A DNA stretch of 64,000 nt from a virus (taxonomy: Duplodnaviria; Caudoviricetes): the IMG/VR virus record IMGVR_UViG_3300035208_002115; one strand, 5' to 3'. Shown here one piece after another: positions 9,095-18,943 of the stretch. The notes beneath the pieces were generated by a model that had not been told where the DNA came from, made no database searches, and saw only the letters and a program-made list of their open reading frames with translations. Positions within the stretch are counted from its first letter, which is position 1, and each line of letters begins with the position of its first letter. The position numbers and the translations under genes were made by a program.

Positions 9095-9394
9095 ATGAAA
9101 GATTGTCTTCACTATAAAGAATTAATTAAACATATAAATCACGAATCTCCGTATAGACCTGTTGTAGTTCATATTATTAATGAGTATTATATTATTGATA
9201 TGATGGTTTTTGAACCAATAATATCATTTAAATTATTTAAAATTGATATGGATAAATTTGAATTAATAGAAAATTCTGGTGTTATTTTCGAATTAGTAGG
9301 AAATAAAAACCCTAAATATATTACATTACATGAACTATATAAAATTTTTATTCAAAATAAGAGAAAAAATAAAATAGATTCGCTCTATGAATAA
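9095..9394 (+). CDS. hypothetical protein with RxxK tail
   Basis: Ends KRKNKIDSLYE. Confidence 0.7.
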   Translation: MKDCLHYKELIKHINHESPYRPVVVHIINEYYIIDMMVFEPIISFKLFKIDMDKFELIENSGVIFELVGNKNPKYITLHELYKIFIQNKRKNKIDSLYE

Positions 9395-9740
9395 AAAATT
9401 AGTTATATTAAAGTGTACATATCCCGTAGGTATTTCTGCGAGTCAAACCCAAGAAGTTCTAAAGTATTATTTAGAAAAAATACTGGTCGATTTAAATGAT
9501 AATACTGATAATACTGAATTTAAAATGATTGTTATACCATCTGAAAAATATGAAGTAACTGTAATATATCCAAATGTTGCTATAACAAAAAAAGAATTAA
9601 ACAAAATATTAGATGAGCAAAATAAGAATGTTAAATTATTAAACAATTTGGATAATATAACAAGGGATAAACCTGAAATCAATCGAAATATAAAACAGAT
9701 TTTGAGAAGATTAAAAATATTAGAGATTTCTGATTTTTAA
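9387..9740 (+). CDS. hypothetical protein with RxxK tail
   Basis: Ends LRRLKILEISDF. Confidence 0.7.
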   Translation: MNKKLVILKCTYPVGISASQTQEVLKYYLEKILVDLNDNTDNTEFKMIVIPSEKYEVTVIYPNVAITKKELNKILDEQNKNVKLLNNLDNITRDKPEINRNIKQILRRLKILEISDF

Positions 9741-9959
9741 TGCTCTGACTTCATTTTTGATAAAAGGTATTAAATCTTCTATTTTTTCTACCTTTTTAAT
9801 CATTCTATATTGGCCTTGTGACATTCTAACCCACAATGAATTGAAACGAGTGTTTGTTTCAACAAACATTTCCCTTTCGCCATTAACTTTTAAAACAAAA
9901 GAAACTGGACTTTCACAAGTAAAGTCCAGTTTATATAATTCGTCTATATATTTATCCAT
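9720..9959 (-). CDS. hypothetical protein with RxxK tail
   Basis: Ends EVRALKIRNL; coupled to the upstream minus-strand gene. Confidence 0.65.
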   Translation of the reverse strand: MDKYIDELYKLDFTCESPVSFVLKVNGEREMFVETNTRFNSLWVRMSQGQYRMIKKVEKIEDLIPFIKNEVRALKIRNL

Positions 9960-10675
9960 TATATTTTTTTCTGAAGATTATATTTTTTCAGAATTTTATC
10001 CAGATTATATTTAGCTTTATCTATTGGTACATTTAAATCAAAATTTGATAATGCTAAATAATTTGCTGATTCCGTATCAAACCCATCTTTTGGTACTGTT
10101 TTACAACCAGAATCTAAAAACTCAACCACTGTTGAAATACCAATATTGTGAGCCATTGCAACAAGTCCGCTATTTGTTATATAATGAGTTCTTATAACTT
10201 TATTAGAATATTCGTTAAAAATATTCCTAATTCTGGTTACGGTATCTTCCTTCTCCATATAGTGTTCAAATCGACTATTAAGAATAGCAATGTAATAAAT
10301 CATTGCAGCATCTTGAAGTTCTGGATTATTTTTAAAATCTTCCCATGATATGTGGTCGATATCTAAACACATTCTACAAGCTTCACCAAACTGGTATCTA
10401 CCCCAATATTGAGACCACAGAGTATCACCATCTATTATAAAATTTGGTCGTCTTGCAGCGTAATTTGTAGCTGATTCAAATAAACTCAATTCGTGAATAA
10501 ATTTTTGAGCATTTAAAATATTCACTTCAACAGGTACAGGTCTATCGACTGGTACTTCTACTTTAATGTATTGTACATCATTCGATATAGAACTAAGGAA
10601 AATGAACCCTATAAATATTACTAAACCAGTAATAAATGAATTCATTAAACCTCTGTTTTTTTGGAAAATTTTCAT
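9959..10675 (-). CDS. membrane-anchored lysozyme-like peptidoglycan hydrolase
   Basis: N-terminal TM; FES..NY, WGRYQFG, F..NP.LQD, T.SGL.A.AH..G. Confidence 0.6.
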   Translation of the reverse strand: MKIFQKNRGLMNSFITGLVIFIGFIFLSSISNDVQYIKVEVPVDRPVPVEVNILNAQKFIHELSLFESATNYAARRPNFIIDGDTLWSQYWGRYQFGEACRMCLDIDHISWEDFKNNPELQDAAMIYYIAILNSRFEHYMEKEDTVTRIRNIFNEYSNKVIRTHYITNSGLVAMAHNIGISTVVEFLDSGCKTVPKDGFDTESANYLALSNFDLNVPIDKAKYNLDKILKKYNLQKKI

Positions 10676-10761
10676 ACGAGTTTTAAATTAGTTTGGTTAC
10701 AAAAATAATTATTTTATTTAATATAAAAAATAATATATACATTAAAATCAATTTGTGCTTT

Positions 10762-12201
10762 ATGGCAATATTATTAAAAGAAACGAAATTCAGTCAATTA
10801 TCTATTCCAGAAGCAGGTTATATTCTGTTTGGTATTGATAGTGAAACTGGAAATATTAAATATGTTGATTCAACGGGTGAAAGTAAAACTATATCTATTG
10901 ATGTAGGTGGTGATATTACTGGTGATTCTATTGTTGTGGGTACTATTGTTGGTACGCCCGGCACGTATTATTTAGCAAATGGATTAAATGTTCAACCATT
11001 ATCCGATTATGCTCATGCCGAAGGTAGGGAAACAATTGTAACATCATCTGCCGATTATGCTCATGCCGAAGGATATAAAACAACTGCAAGTGCTGAATAT
11101 GCACATTCCCAAGGTGAATATACTACGGCTGCTGGTGAAGCCAGTATGACTGGTGGTATAGGTTCAGCTTCATATCTTGTTATTGCAAGTGCCTCTGCAT
11201 CTGTTAATATTTCATCGACAAGTACCAGAACATCTGATATTGCAGGTTCTAACAGTGTAATAATTGGCGGTGTTGATAATCTTATTGGTATTAGTACAGC
11301 TTCAGCTATCATAGGTGGTAGATTAAATACTATTAACGGTGTTAGTAATAATGGTATATTTGTTGGTATTTCTAATACAATAAATAATACTTCACAAAAT
11401 AGTGTAATAATTGGTGGTAATACTAACACTATTAATACTGCTGGTATATGTGATTCGATAATAGCATCTTATAATTCATCAATCGCATCCAGTTTATCTT
11501 ATGTATCTATTATAGGTATGTCTGGATATGCAGCAACAACATATAACAACGTTGTGTATATGCCAGCAATTGCATTAGTTAATAGTAGTACAACTCCAAC
11601 TGTTAATGGTGCTATTAGATATAATGGTGCAAATTTTCAGGGTTATAGTGGTGGTTGGATTTCATTAGAAAGACCCACTGATTATGTAACAACTGGTTCA
11701 ACCCAATCTATAACAGGTACTAAATCTTTTACCACAATGAATTCTACAACATCAAATATCACCACATTAAATTGTACAACTTCAAATTTTACTGGTGTTA
11801 TGACATTTCCAGTCAATACAAATGTTGTAAAAAATCAAGTAATATATTCTTTCACCACTGGAGCTGATGTTACTACTGAACAAATAATAAGTAGAACATA
11901 TTATTATATTTGTGCAAACATTGAGATACAAAATTCTCATGTAGATGTTATATATAATGTTGAGTTAGACAGTTTTGAGTCTTCAACAACTACTTTATCT
12001 TCAATATTATTGGTTAATATAAACTCAAATGGTTGGTCAAGTGATAGTCTTACTATTAATTTTAGAAATACAGCAAATACTGTTTTAAAAACATATAATA
12101 TACCAGGTTTTACAGGAGGTGTTAAATCTGCTGAATTTACAATTGGATATGTATATGGTGGCACATTGTCAAACAGGTTCATTATAATAGGTAACGTTTA
12201 A
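10762..12201 (+). CDS. tail fibre / adhesin-like virion protein
   Basis: YAHAEG repeats, S.IIGG..N repeats, GAIRYNG..FQGY..GW; start reassigned to MAILL after TAATATATA at 10731. Confidence 0.65.
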   Translation: MAILLKETKFSQLSIPEAGYILFGIDSETGNIKYVDSTGESKTISIDVGGDITGDSIVVGTIVGTPGTYYLANGLNVQPLSDYAHAEGRETIVTSSADYAHAEGYKTTASAEYAHSQGEYTTAAGEASMTGGIGSASYLVIASASASVNISSTSTRTSDIAGSNSVIIGGVDNLIGISTASAIIGGRLNTINGVSNNGIFVGISNTINNTSQNSVIIGGNTNTINTAGICDSIIASYNSSIASSLSYVSIIGMSGYAATTYNNVVYMPAIALVNSSTTPTVNGAIRYNGANFQGYSGGWISLERPTDYVTTGSTQSITGTKSFTTMNSTTSNITTLNCTTSNFTGVMTFPVNTNVVKNQVIYSFTTGADVTTEQIISRTYYYICANIEIQNSHVDVIYNVELDSFESSTTTLSSILLVNINSNGWSSDSLTINFRNTANTVLKTYNIPGFTGGVKSAEFTIGYVYGGTLSNRFIIIGNV

Positions 12202-12217
12202 AATAAAAATATAAATT

Positions 12218-12934
12218 ATGAATGCATTTAATTACTTCGATAAAATTTATTGTATAAATCTTGTGGATGATACCCAAAGAAAAGAAAATATGACTACTCT
12301 TTTTACTGAATTAAATATTTTGAATTTAGTGCAGTTTGTAAGCGGTGTTACTAATGAAAATTCATATATAGGTTGTAATAAATCAAGTGTTAATATATTT
12401 TTAGATGCAAAATCTAATAATTATAATAAAATATTGATATTAGAAGATGATATTGAACCAGATGGTGATGTTTTAACTAAGATGGAAAATTGTGTTAATG
12501 AAATAGACCCAGAATGGGATATGTTTTATCTGGGCGGTATACCTCATAGAGTTGAATGGTTTAAAAATGATGAAGAAATTACAACAGTGGAAGAATATAT
12601 GAATAAAAATCATTATATAAAATATAGTAATAATTTGGTCAAATTGAATGGTGGTAGAATTACATTAAGACATGCCGTAGCTTATAAAAATACAACTTTT
12701 GATACATTTATAGATAGATTTTCAAATATTGAAGTCATAGAAAATCATATTATGGATGATATGGATAAATGGTCATGTAATTATTATCAACAACAACCAA
12801 ATATAAAGACCTTTTTTGCTTGCCCAATGTTATTTAATCAAACGTATGGTTATAGTAATAACCTTAAAGCTTATGTAGATATGAGTATTTTTAATAAAGA
12901 CTTATATAGTTTACTTTTGAATATGAAACCATAA
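12218..12934 (+). CDS. glycosyltransferase family 25-like
   Basis: FDKIYCINL....R, GC..S, ILILEDD, WDMFYLG. Confidence 0.8.
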   Translation: MNAFNYFDKIYCINLVDDTQRKENMTTLFTELNILNLVQFVSGVTNENSYIGCNKSSVNIFLDAKSNNYNKILILEDDIEPDGDVLTKMENCVNEIDPEWDMFYLGGIPHRVEWFKNDEEITTVEEYMNKNHYIKYSNNLVKLNGGRITLRHAVAYKNTTFDTFIDRFSNIEVIENHIMDDMDKWSCNYYQQQPNIKTFFACPMLFNQTYGYSNNLKAYVDMSIFNKDLYSLLLNMKP

Positions 12935-12940
12935 TAAATA

Positions 12941-13699
12941 ATGAAAAGTGATTGTATATATCACCGTTCTTTAGACTGTGTTGAAATCGATATTACTTAT
13001 AAATGTAATTTGAAATGTCATAATTGTAATCGTTCCTGTGATATTATAAATTCAGATGATGTTTTCGAAATAAATCAAATTAGAAAATTTTTAGAAAACA
13101 GTGTAATAAATAATAAAATTTGGAGAAGAATTAGGTTGTTAGGTGGTGAACCAACACTCCATCCAGATTTCTTAGAAATACTGAAATTAATTTATCAATA
13201 TAAGATAAAACATAATAAAGAATTGTTAATTGAAATAACTACTAATAATATTTCAATAGAAACAAAAGAATTATTGAAAATATATTTCATAAAATCGAAC
13301 GTTGTTGTTAATATTAGTTATAAAACAGATTTTTATTTAGATGAATTTGTTAATATTTATAATGCACCTATTGATAATTCATATTTTAAAGAAGATAACT
13401 TCGAAGCTGGTTGTGTAATTAGTCAGAATTGTGGAATAGGATTAAATTTATACGGTTTTTATCCTTGTGCTATTTCTGCGAACATAGATAGAATACTTGG
13501 ATTAAATATTGGACGAAAAGTCATACCAAGTGATGATGATACTATGTTAGATTTGTTAAAAATCTTTTGTAAATCGTGCGGTTATTATAAATATTATAGA
13601 GATGATATAATTAAGAATGAAGTTAGTCATTCATGGAAAAAAGTATTTGAAAAATATTTTGATAATAAACCTGTTTTAACAAAAATATATATACAATAA
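12941..13699 (+). CDS. radical SAM protein
   Basis: CNLKCHNC, LLGGEPTLHP, ITTN, further C-terminal Cys. Confidence 0.85.
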   Translation: MKSDCIYHRSLDCVEIDITYKCNLKCHNCNRSCDIINSDDVFEINQIRKFLENSVINNKIWRRIRLLGGEPTLHPDFLEILKLIYQYKIKHNKELLIEITTNNISIETKELLKIYFIKSNVVVNISYKTDFYLDEFVNIYNAPIDNSYFKEDNFEAGCVISQNCGIGLNLYGFYPCAISANIDRILGLNIGRKVIPSDDDTMLDLLKIFCKSCGYYKYYRDDIIKNEVSHSWKKVFEKYFDNKPVLTKIYIQ

Positions 13700-13716
13700 A
13701 ATAAAAATATTAATTT

Positions 13717-14283
13717 ATGACTCTATTAGCAAGTGGTAGTTTAAGTTTATTGGGGACAGCAGGTATAAATAGAAATATATCTCAGGAAGTTGATAGAAAC
13801 TCAGTATCACCCAAACAATTTACTACTGTATCATCACATGCTATCCCTTCATATTTACCAGTGAGTATGAGTAATTATTATAGTTATACACAACCATATA
13901 TTAATTTTGGGACGGTTTCTTACGATGTGAATAATGCTTCACAAATTGATGCTAATAGGTCAGTCGATATGTATGGAAAATCAGCACAATGGACTATTGT
14001 GGTTTATGGATATTTATATTGTTTAGGTACATCACCAGTTGGTAATTTGTGGTATAGAAGAAGTGGTGGAGCATGGGTTAAGTTTTTAGAATTGTTAACC
14101 ACTGGTAGCAACTATATTTATTATAGTATAGATATGTATTATTCGGAAACGTTAGATGTTAGAATAAACATATATAATAATGCAAGTTTACAAGGTATTA
14201 TTAATTTAGTAAGTGTTTCCGAACCATCAACAACAAGAGTTCCTTATGTTGGTACTACAAATACTTGGACTGTTTCACTTTAA
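13717..14283 (+). CDS. putative virion / tail-fibre-associated protein
   Basis: MTL.ASG.LS N-terminus, S/T/Y-rich, follows ATATATA motif. Confidence 0.45.
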   Translation: MTLLASGSLSLLGTAGINRNISQEVDRNSVSPKQFTTVSSHAIPSYLPVSMSNYYSYTQPYINFGTVSYDVNNASQIDANRSVDMYGKSAQWTIVVYGYLYCLGTSPVGNLWYRRSGGAWVKFLELLTTGSNYIYYSIDMYYSETLDVRINIYNNASLQGIINLVSVSEPSTTRVPYVGTTNTWTVSL

Positions 14284-14284
14284 A

Positions 14285-14662
14285 TTATTTAAGAAGTTTA
14301 ATTAAATCAGTCATTAAAATAGAAATAAGTTTTTTACCTTCTATTTCGACATCTGGTATATTTTTTATTATAGAGTATTTATCATTACCATCTATTTCTA
14401 ATTTAGATAGATGTTCTTTTAAAATTGTGTGGTGTGCATAATAATTTTTCAATTCAGATAAGAATTTAGTTAAATCGAAACCCTCCTTATTGTTATATTT
14501 TATCATTTTTAACTCATTATCTTGGTTCTCAACCATGATATACCATATACTTTTCTTGGAGATTTTAATATTTTCAAGAAAATTATAGGCGTGATGAGCT
14601 TTTGTGTTCTTAGGAAACTTTGCTATTTTACCAATAAAATTTACGTTTTTATCATTTGACAT
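14285..14662 (-). CDS. hypothetical protein, paralogue of 56929-57522 C-terminal part
   Basis: Shared F..KIA.F....KAH.A..FLE...WY..E.....L...KYN..EGF.L...DL.KLL. Confidence 0.75.
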   Translation of the reverse strand: MSNDKNVNFIGKIAKFPKNTKAHHAYNFLENIKISKKSIWYIMVENQDNELKMIKYNNKEGFDLTKFLSELKNYYAHHTILKEHLSKLEIDGNDKYSIIKNIPDVEIEGKKLISILMTDLIKLLK

Positions 14663-14733
14663 ATATAAATATCATATTTTATAGTATATATTTAAAAGAA
14701 TTGGTCGTATTTGGTCGTTTTTAAATATAGTTT

Positions 14734-14991
14734 TTAATTTCGATGCTTATTGTAGTATTTATCAACAGTATAGTTCCAAAAATTTCTTACAACTAATGTT
14801 GATTCGTGCATCCATACAGTCATTTTTTCCAATCTAATGAGAAATTCATTTGTAGTATCATTCCCAAATATATAATGAGAAAATGCTTTTTTATATAAAT
14901 TATTTTCATAATCAAATCTTTTATCTGGATTGTAATCATGTCTGTGATTTAATTCATACAATTCTTTGATATGTTTTTGTTCTTCAATCAT
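14734..14991 (-). CDS. hypothetical protein
   Basis: ORF track. Confidence 0.65.
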   Translation of the reverse strand: MIEEQKHIKELYELNHRHDYNPDKRFDYENNLYKKAFSHYIFGNDTTNEFLIRLEKMTVWMHESTLVVRNFWNYTVDKYYNKHRN

Positions 14992-15009
14992 AAAAATGTT
15001 TTATTTTTT

Positions 15010-15020
15010 AATATATATAA
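15010..15020. promoter_or_regulatory. late-type AATATATA promoter motif, probably bidirectional
   Basis: AATATATATAA between divergent genes, 20-28 nt from both starts. Confidence 0.5.
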
Positions 15021-15037
15021 AAAAAACATATTATAAA

Positions 15038-15337
15038 ATGAAAAGTTTTCTGGATTTTGTAAATGAAAAAGAAATAATGATAAAAGTTGAGTTAGATGTT
15101 GTTGAAACGGAAACATCTGTCGATAGTGATGATGTTGAAGATAATATTTTAACAATAATGAACTCTCTCGAATTTAAACAATGGATATCTAATCTTACCG
15201 AAGAAGAAATAAAAAACATTGAAATTGGAGCTGCTGATTTTTATAAATCCGAACCTCAAAATGCAGAATATTTACGTAAATGTTTTTTTGTAGAAAAATT
15301 TTTAGAACAACAATCAAATGAGGATAAAACTATTTGA
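15038..15337 (+). CDS. putative head-packaged protein (CTS-like N-terminus)
   Basis: Start reassigned: MKSFLDFVNE. Confidence 0.65.
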   Translation: MKSFLDFVNEKEIMIKVELDVVETETSVDSDDVEDNILTIMNSLEFKQWISNLTEEEIKNIEIGAADFYKSEPQNAEYLRKCFFVEKFLEQQSNEDKTI

Positions 15338-15839
15338 ACAATTTAGTAAGAAGTGGTATCATGGTTCTAAAGAAACTTTTTCTGATTTTAAATTAAAAAA
15401 AGGAACTCTTTTAGATTATAATTATATAGCACCTATATTTTTAACGTCTGATTTAGAATTTGCTGAAGCACATGCTGGATATAAAACCCCACATATTTAT
15501 GAAATTGAAGTGTTGACAGATAAATTATTTGATTATAAAAAAATACCAAATGGATATGACTTGTTTAGATTCTTAGAAAAAGATATTAAAAAAGATGATG
15601 ATAAAGATTACACCCTTGGTAAAAAGTTATATTTTGATATCGAAAATAAGTCAGATGATGTAGATAGAATGTATGGTGGTATATGTTCTGGTGAATATAG
15701 TGAATTAGAACAAGTTTGGTTTTATGATTGGTTGAAAAAAAATGGTTATGATGGTGCATATGTGAGAGAAACTGGTATCGTTAATTTATTTATTTTTGAC
15801 ACCAAAAAATTGAAGATAATAAAAACAATAACACAGTAA
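15318..15839 (+). CDS. ADP-ribosyltransferase-fold protein with CTS-like N-terminus
   Basis: MRIKLFEQF; WYHGS...F...IFLTSD..FA..HA...IYE...GYDG. Confidence 0.55.
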   Translation: MRIKLFEQFSKKWYHGSKETFSDFKLKKGTLLDYNYIAPIFLTSDLEFAEAHAGYKTPHIYEIEVLTDKLFDYKKIPNGYDLFRFLEKDIKKDDDKDYTLGKKLYFDIENKSDDVDRMYGGICSGEYSELEQVWFYDWLKKNGYDGAYVRETGIVNLFIFDTKKLKIIKTITQ

Positions 15840-15841
15840 TA

Positions 15842-16381
15842 ATGAAATCTTTTATATGTTTTATTAATGAAAAACGAGTAGTTAGAGAAGAAAGAATTGA
15901 AATTTTAAGAGATTCCAAATATATAGTAGTTGCACCATTATCTGAAATAGCAAGTTGTAAATACGGTGCTTATACTCATTGGTGTACATCTAATCCGCAT
16001 TCTGGTGCATGGTCAGATGATTATGTTAATGGTGAAAACCAAAATAAGTTAATCTATATTATACAACGAAATTATAACATGACTCCAGAAAATAAAGAGA
16101 AATCTGAAGAATATTATTATCTAAATCAGAAAATAGAAAATCAAGATTTTGATGACGAAGAAGATAAAGAAAGAACACAAGAAAGATTTAGTGACTTAAA
16201 TGATGATGAAGAATCATTAGATTTTTCTAAAATTGCAATAGAATATAATAATAGAAATAAAAGTTTTGTCATCTGGAGTGCCAATAATATTCCAATATCT
16301 GAAACTCGGTATTATGACTTGGGTAATTTGCCGATAGATGACTATGTTATAGATAGAATAAAAGATTTTTGTAAAACTTAA
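15842..16381 (+). CDS. CTS-tagged protein with SCKYG..T.WC motif (PcfJ-like)
   Basis: MKSFICFINE; PLS..ASCKYGAYTHWCTS. Confidence 0.5.
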   Translation: MKSFICFINEKRVVREERIEILRDSKYIVVAPLSEIASCKYGAYTHWCTSNPHSGAWSDDYVNGENQNKLIYIIQRNYNMTPENKEKSEEYYYLNQKIENQDFDDEEDKERTQERFSDLNDDEESLDFSKIAIEYNNRNKSFVIWSANNIPISETRYYDLGNLPIDDYVIDRIKDFCKT

Positions 16382-16411
16382 TATTGTTTAATATTATTAA
16401 ACAAAATCATT

Positions 16412-18898
16412 TTAAAAGTCAAATGATTCATTGAGCATATTCTGGAATATTTCTTTCTCTCGTTTACGTTGTTCGATGCCAATTTCGTTTCCTTTTAATC
16501 CAGAATCCATCAACTCTTGACCTGATACGGATAAATTATATTCAATAAATTTATTTGTGAATTTCTTATCCAGACTATGTATATCTGAAAATTCTCTGAT
16601 AATATCAGGATTGATATCTAATTGATTCTGTTTCTTTTTCATATCATATACTTTATCGACATCACCGATATTATCATAGAATGTTATTAAAAAACAAATA
16701 ACATCGGCATAATCAGATGAAAATTTAAATTCCCGAATCAATCTTTTATTAAAATCACCGTTTGGAATGTTTTCTAAAAATAAATAAGTATACATTTGAA
16801 TTAAATCTAAACTATTGATATTTATTACATCTTCATTAATGAGCGTATTTTTAAACATTTGATTCCACATCTTGAACCCAGTTAAATATCTCAAATACAT
16901 TTTCCAAGCTGATAAATCATTTTTATCGGATGCATATTCCCACATTTTCCATATTTCTTCCAGTATTCTTTCTTGTGAAACATCGTCTTCAGGTGAAATA
17001 CCACTTAATTGATTATCTTTTTTAATAGCATTGGCTGTTTCTTCATCAATTTTATTATGACTTCTGGCAGCAAATCTGAAACAACGAATTATGCGAAGGC
17101 GGTCTTCTTTAAATCTTTCTGAAGGGTTTCCAACAGTCCTTATAATACCATTTTTTATATCATCGATACCACCAACCAAATCAATTATTTGTTTCTTATC
17201 TATATCATAAAAAAGAGCATTTTGTGTTAAATCTCTACGCTTAACATCATCTTCAATTGTAATATGAGAACCTATTTCTACCTTTTGGTCATCACCTTTG
17301 GTATTTCTTCCTGATGAGATATCACGCCTGTATGAAGCTATCTCATAACCTTTTGGTTCATCCTCTGTAAATACTCTTATAACACCAAAATGTGCGCCTT
17401 GTAAATCGGTTCTATAATCTTTTAATATCTTCTTAGTTTCTTCTGGTAGAGCATCAGTTACTAAATCATAATCATGTGGTATCTTACCCATAATAAAATC
17501 ACGAATCGCACCACCAACTATGAAAAGTTTTTTACCAGCTTCGCTGAATAAATCATGAAATTCTAAAACATCTTCTGGTATAAACATTTCGGTATTTAAA
17601 TTATTGTTTTCGTTATATTTTTTTATTGTGGTGTTTTTTGTTTCTTCATTTCTACAAATATATGGTTTAATATTAAAATATTCATACACTCCATGTCCAA
17701 TCCCAGACTTATTTTCTATTAAATCATATCTGGCTACTAAGTAATCCCCTGATATAAAAAATGATTTAGCATTAATTAAAACAGAAAATACATACGGTTT
17801 TCCACTATTATTAGTCATCAAACTGTATCTTTTTGATGTTTCATAATCAATACCAAACCAACTTCCACTTTTAAATTTACCTGATTTTAAAATTTTCTTA
17901 AAATTAGCTGGAGTTGTCCCATGATAAACTTGTAAGAATTTTTCTCCATTTAATTCATGAATTGTTACTTTATTCCTGATAGCAAAATCCAAATTCATTT
18001 TCTCATAAAAATCTGAATCATCATCAGATTCATTAATTTTATTATTTTGTAATAAAAAAGAATCCGATTGAATATATGCTAATATTTCTGTTTCACCGTT
18101 TACTAATGCTTGTTCAATTCTATGAAATCCATCAATTACACCTGACTTTTGAACATCACCACCCCTTGAAATATCACCTACTATAATAGGAGTTTCTATA
18201 ATTTTTATTTTTATGATTGGTTCACTCGAATTTAAATATTCTTTTAAATCCACATCATTTTGTATCAGTTTAGAAATAGGGATGTTTGTTAATATATAAT
18301 TATGACTTTTAATAACATTTTCCAAATCATCTATATCATTGTCTTTTTTTCTAATTAATGAAAAAACGACATCACCACTTATAATATTATTTTCATTTGT
18401 TTTATACATTTTAAAATCGGAGAACTTTATAAGAGATTCATATTCTGGTTTATCTCTTTTATCTATTAATTCAACACCATATTTTTTTGCATAATCATGA
18501 AGTAACCCTCTTGCTTTTTCCCAGCCCTTTTTTGAATATCCAGATGTTTCTAATCTGAAATTATTATTTTTACAGAATTTCATCATGGTATCAACTATAT
18601 TCTTAACATATCCACGACCTTGATATTCTTCAATTATAGATATATAATCTATCCAAAATAAATCTTGTTGATTATATGGACTTTCTTCTAATTTACATAG
18701 ACCAATAATTTCTTTATCATCGAATAATGTGACAAAAAATATTCTGGAAACATATAATTTTGATAGAGTGTTTGAATATGATGCACGGACATCATTATAA
18801 TAAAAATATTTTATTTTTTTTTCTAAATCATATGGTTCACCACGACTATATATGATATCTGATAATTCTTTTTGACTTAGTACAACTGTGTTAATCAT
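16412..18898 (-). CDS. polyprotein: GNAT + ParB/Srx-like + ART-like + CCA-adding/poly(A) polymerase-family nucleotidyltransferase
   Basis: aa~80-100 IDYISI.EEYQGRG; aa~235-275 PIIV...VIDGFHRI; aa~323 VYHGT..WF; aa~460-620 VGGAIRD..DYD, RRDLT.NAL, F.EDRLR..R.FRF. Confidence 0.8.
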   Translation of the reverse strand: MINTVVLSQKELSDIIYSRGEPYDLEKKIKYFYYNDVRASYSNTLSKLYVSRIFFVTLFDDKEIIGLCKLEESPYNQQDLFWIDYISIIEEYQGRGYVKNIVDTMMKFCKNNNFRLETSGYSKKGWEKARGLLHDYAKKYGVELIDKRDKPEYESLIKFSDFKMYKTNENNIISGDVVFSLIRKKDNDIDDLENVIKSHNYILTNIPISKLIQNDVDLKEYLNSSEPIIKIKIIETPIIVGDISRGGDVQKSGVIDGFHRIEQALVNGETEILAYIQSDSFLLQNNKINESDDDSDFYEKMNLDFAIRNKVTIHELNGEKFLQVYHGTTPANFKKILKSGKFKSGSWFGIDYETSKRYSLMTNNSGKPYVFSVLINAKSFFISGDYLVARYDLIENKSGIGHGVYEYFNIKPYICRNEETKNTTIKKYNENNNLNTEMFIPEDVLEFHDLFSEAGKKLFIVGGAIRDFIMGKIPHDYDLVTDALPEETKKILKDYRTDLQGAHFGVIRVFTEDEPKGYEIASYRRDISSGRNTKGDDQKVEIGSHITIEDDVKRRDLTQNALFYDIDKKQIIDLVGGIDDIKNGIIRTVGNPSERFKEDRLRIIRCFRFAARSHNKIDEETANAIKKDNQLSGISPEDDVSQERILEEIWKMWEYASDKNDLSAWKMYLRYLTGFKMWNQMFKNTLINEDVININSLDLIQMYTYLFLENIPNGDFNKRLIREFKFSSDYADVICFLITFYDNIGDVDKVYDMKKKQNQLDINPDIIREFSDIHSLDKKFTNKFIEYNLSVSGQELMDSGLKGNEIGIEQRKREKEIFQNMLNESFDF

Positions 18899-18943
18899 TA
18901 AATATGGTATCTTTTTTATTATATATAAAATTAAAGGATGGTA

